From a virus: a stretch of 62,366 bases of DNA. The stretch spans positions 1 through 62,366 of the IMG/VR virus record IMGVR_UViG_3300045988_033415; one strand, 5' to 3'. The notes under the pieces were generated by a model. It worked only from the letters and a program-made list of their open reading frames with translations, searched no databases and had not been told where the DNA came from. The stretch's first letter is position 1; the number at the start of each line of letters is the position of its first letter. Shown here in pieces: positions 62,323-62,366 of this stretch. The translations under genes were made by a program, and so were the position numbers.

Positions 62323-62366
62323 GCAGAAGGGAGCTGAGAAGCTCCTTTTTGTTTGCAAAAAAAAAT
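62248..62366. repeat. Terminal direct repeat copy 2 (= 1..119)
   Basis: Identical to window start. Confidence 0.95.
62330..62350 (+). terminator. Terminator GGAGCT-gaga-AGCTCC + T5 (also at 83..103)
   Basis: Read directly. Confidence 0.75.

Noticed and set aside
1-62366. Stop-codon reassignment (TAG or TGA recoding) as seen in some gut phages.
   Set aside because: TAA, TAG and TGA all terminate well-delimited genes followed by RBS-led neighbours. No gene family appears fragmented by a single recurring stop codon.
1-62366. Retron, DGR, CRISPR-Cas or a classical multi-gene defence system.
   Set aside because: I found no reverse transcriptase, Cas-like or large NTPase/nuclease defence gene. 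The only SMC-like ATPase sits in a standard recombination module.

Overview
This window is a complete temperate siphovirus-type dsDNA phage genome. It has 62,247 unique bp, and the first 119 nt are identical to the last 119 nt. Gene content looks typical of phages and ICEs of Bacillota/Clostridia hosts. That assignment rests on family recollection, not a search. Nearly all genes are on the + strand.

Modules:
1. Lysogeny and early control, 7297-11156: tyrosine recombinase, CI-like repressor, divergent consensus promoters, Rha and AntA antirepressors.
2. Recombination, replication and DNA modification, 11862-28554: Rad50/SMC-like ATPase, two DUF6273-like paralogs, RecT-like protein, MBL nuclease, SSB, ERCC4 nuclease, a frameshifted DNA methyltransferase, replisome organizer, sigma-region-4-like regulator.
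3. A large serine recombinase (28624-29985), followed by an unusual block of low-complexity, Cys-cluster and BclA-C-terminal-like genes (30146-32487).
4. A 3.7-kb accessory and regulatory island (34735-38430). It holds a minus-strand operon of five tiny ORFs separated by repeated GC-rich hairpin modules, a tRNA-like minihelix, an RHH repressor with six ATGCACTTAT boxes inside consensus promoters, and a promoter-terminator-bracketed candidate sRNA.
5. Packaging, head and tail genes at 38431-59665, continuing at 2411-7271. terS and terL are separated by 5.2 kb of cargo (T5orf172, MazG, five tRNAs lacking encoded CCA). XhlA-like and holin genes sit among the head-tail genes. A gpG/gpGT -1 frameshift is present.
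6. A second cargo island between the tape measure gene and the distal tail genes, crossing the circular junction (59666 to 2410).

The most notable observation is that the tape measure gene is interrupted by a 339-nt, ORF-less, highly structured insert whose boundaries fit a group I intron.

No CRISPR array, reverse transcriptase or stop-codon reassignment was seen. All family assignments come from motif reading by eye; no database search was run.
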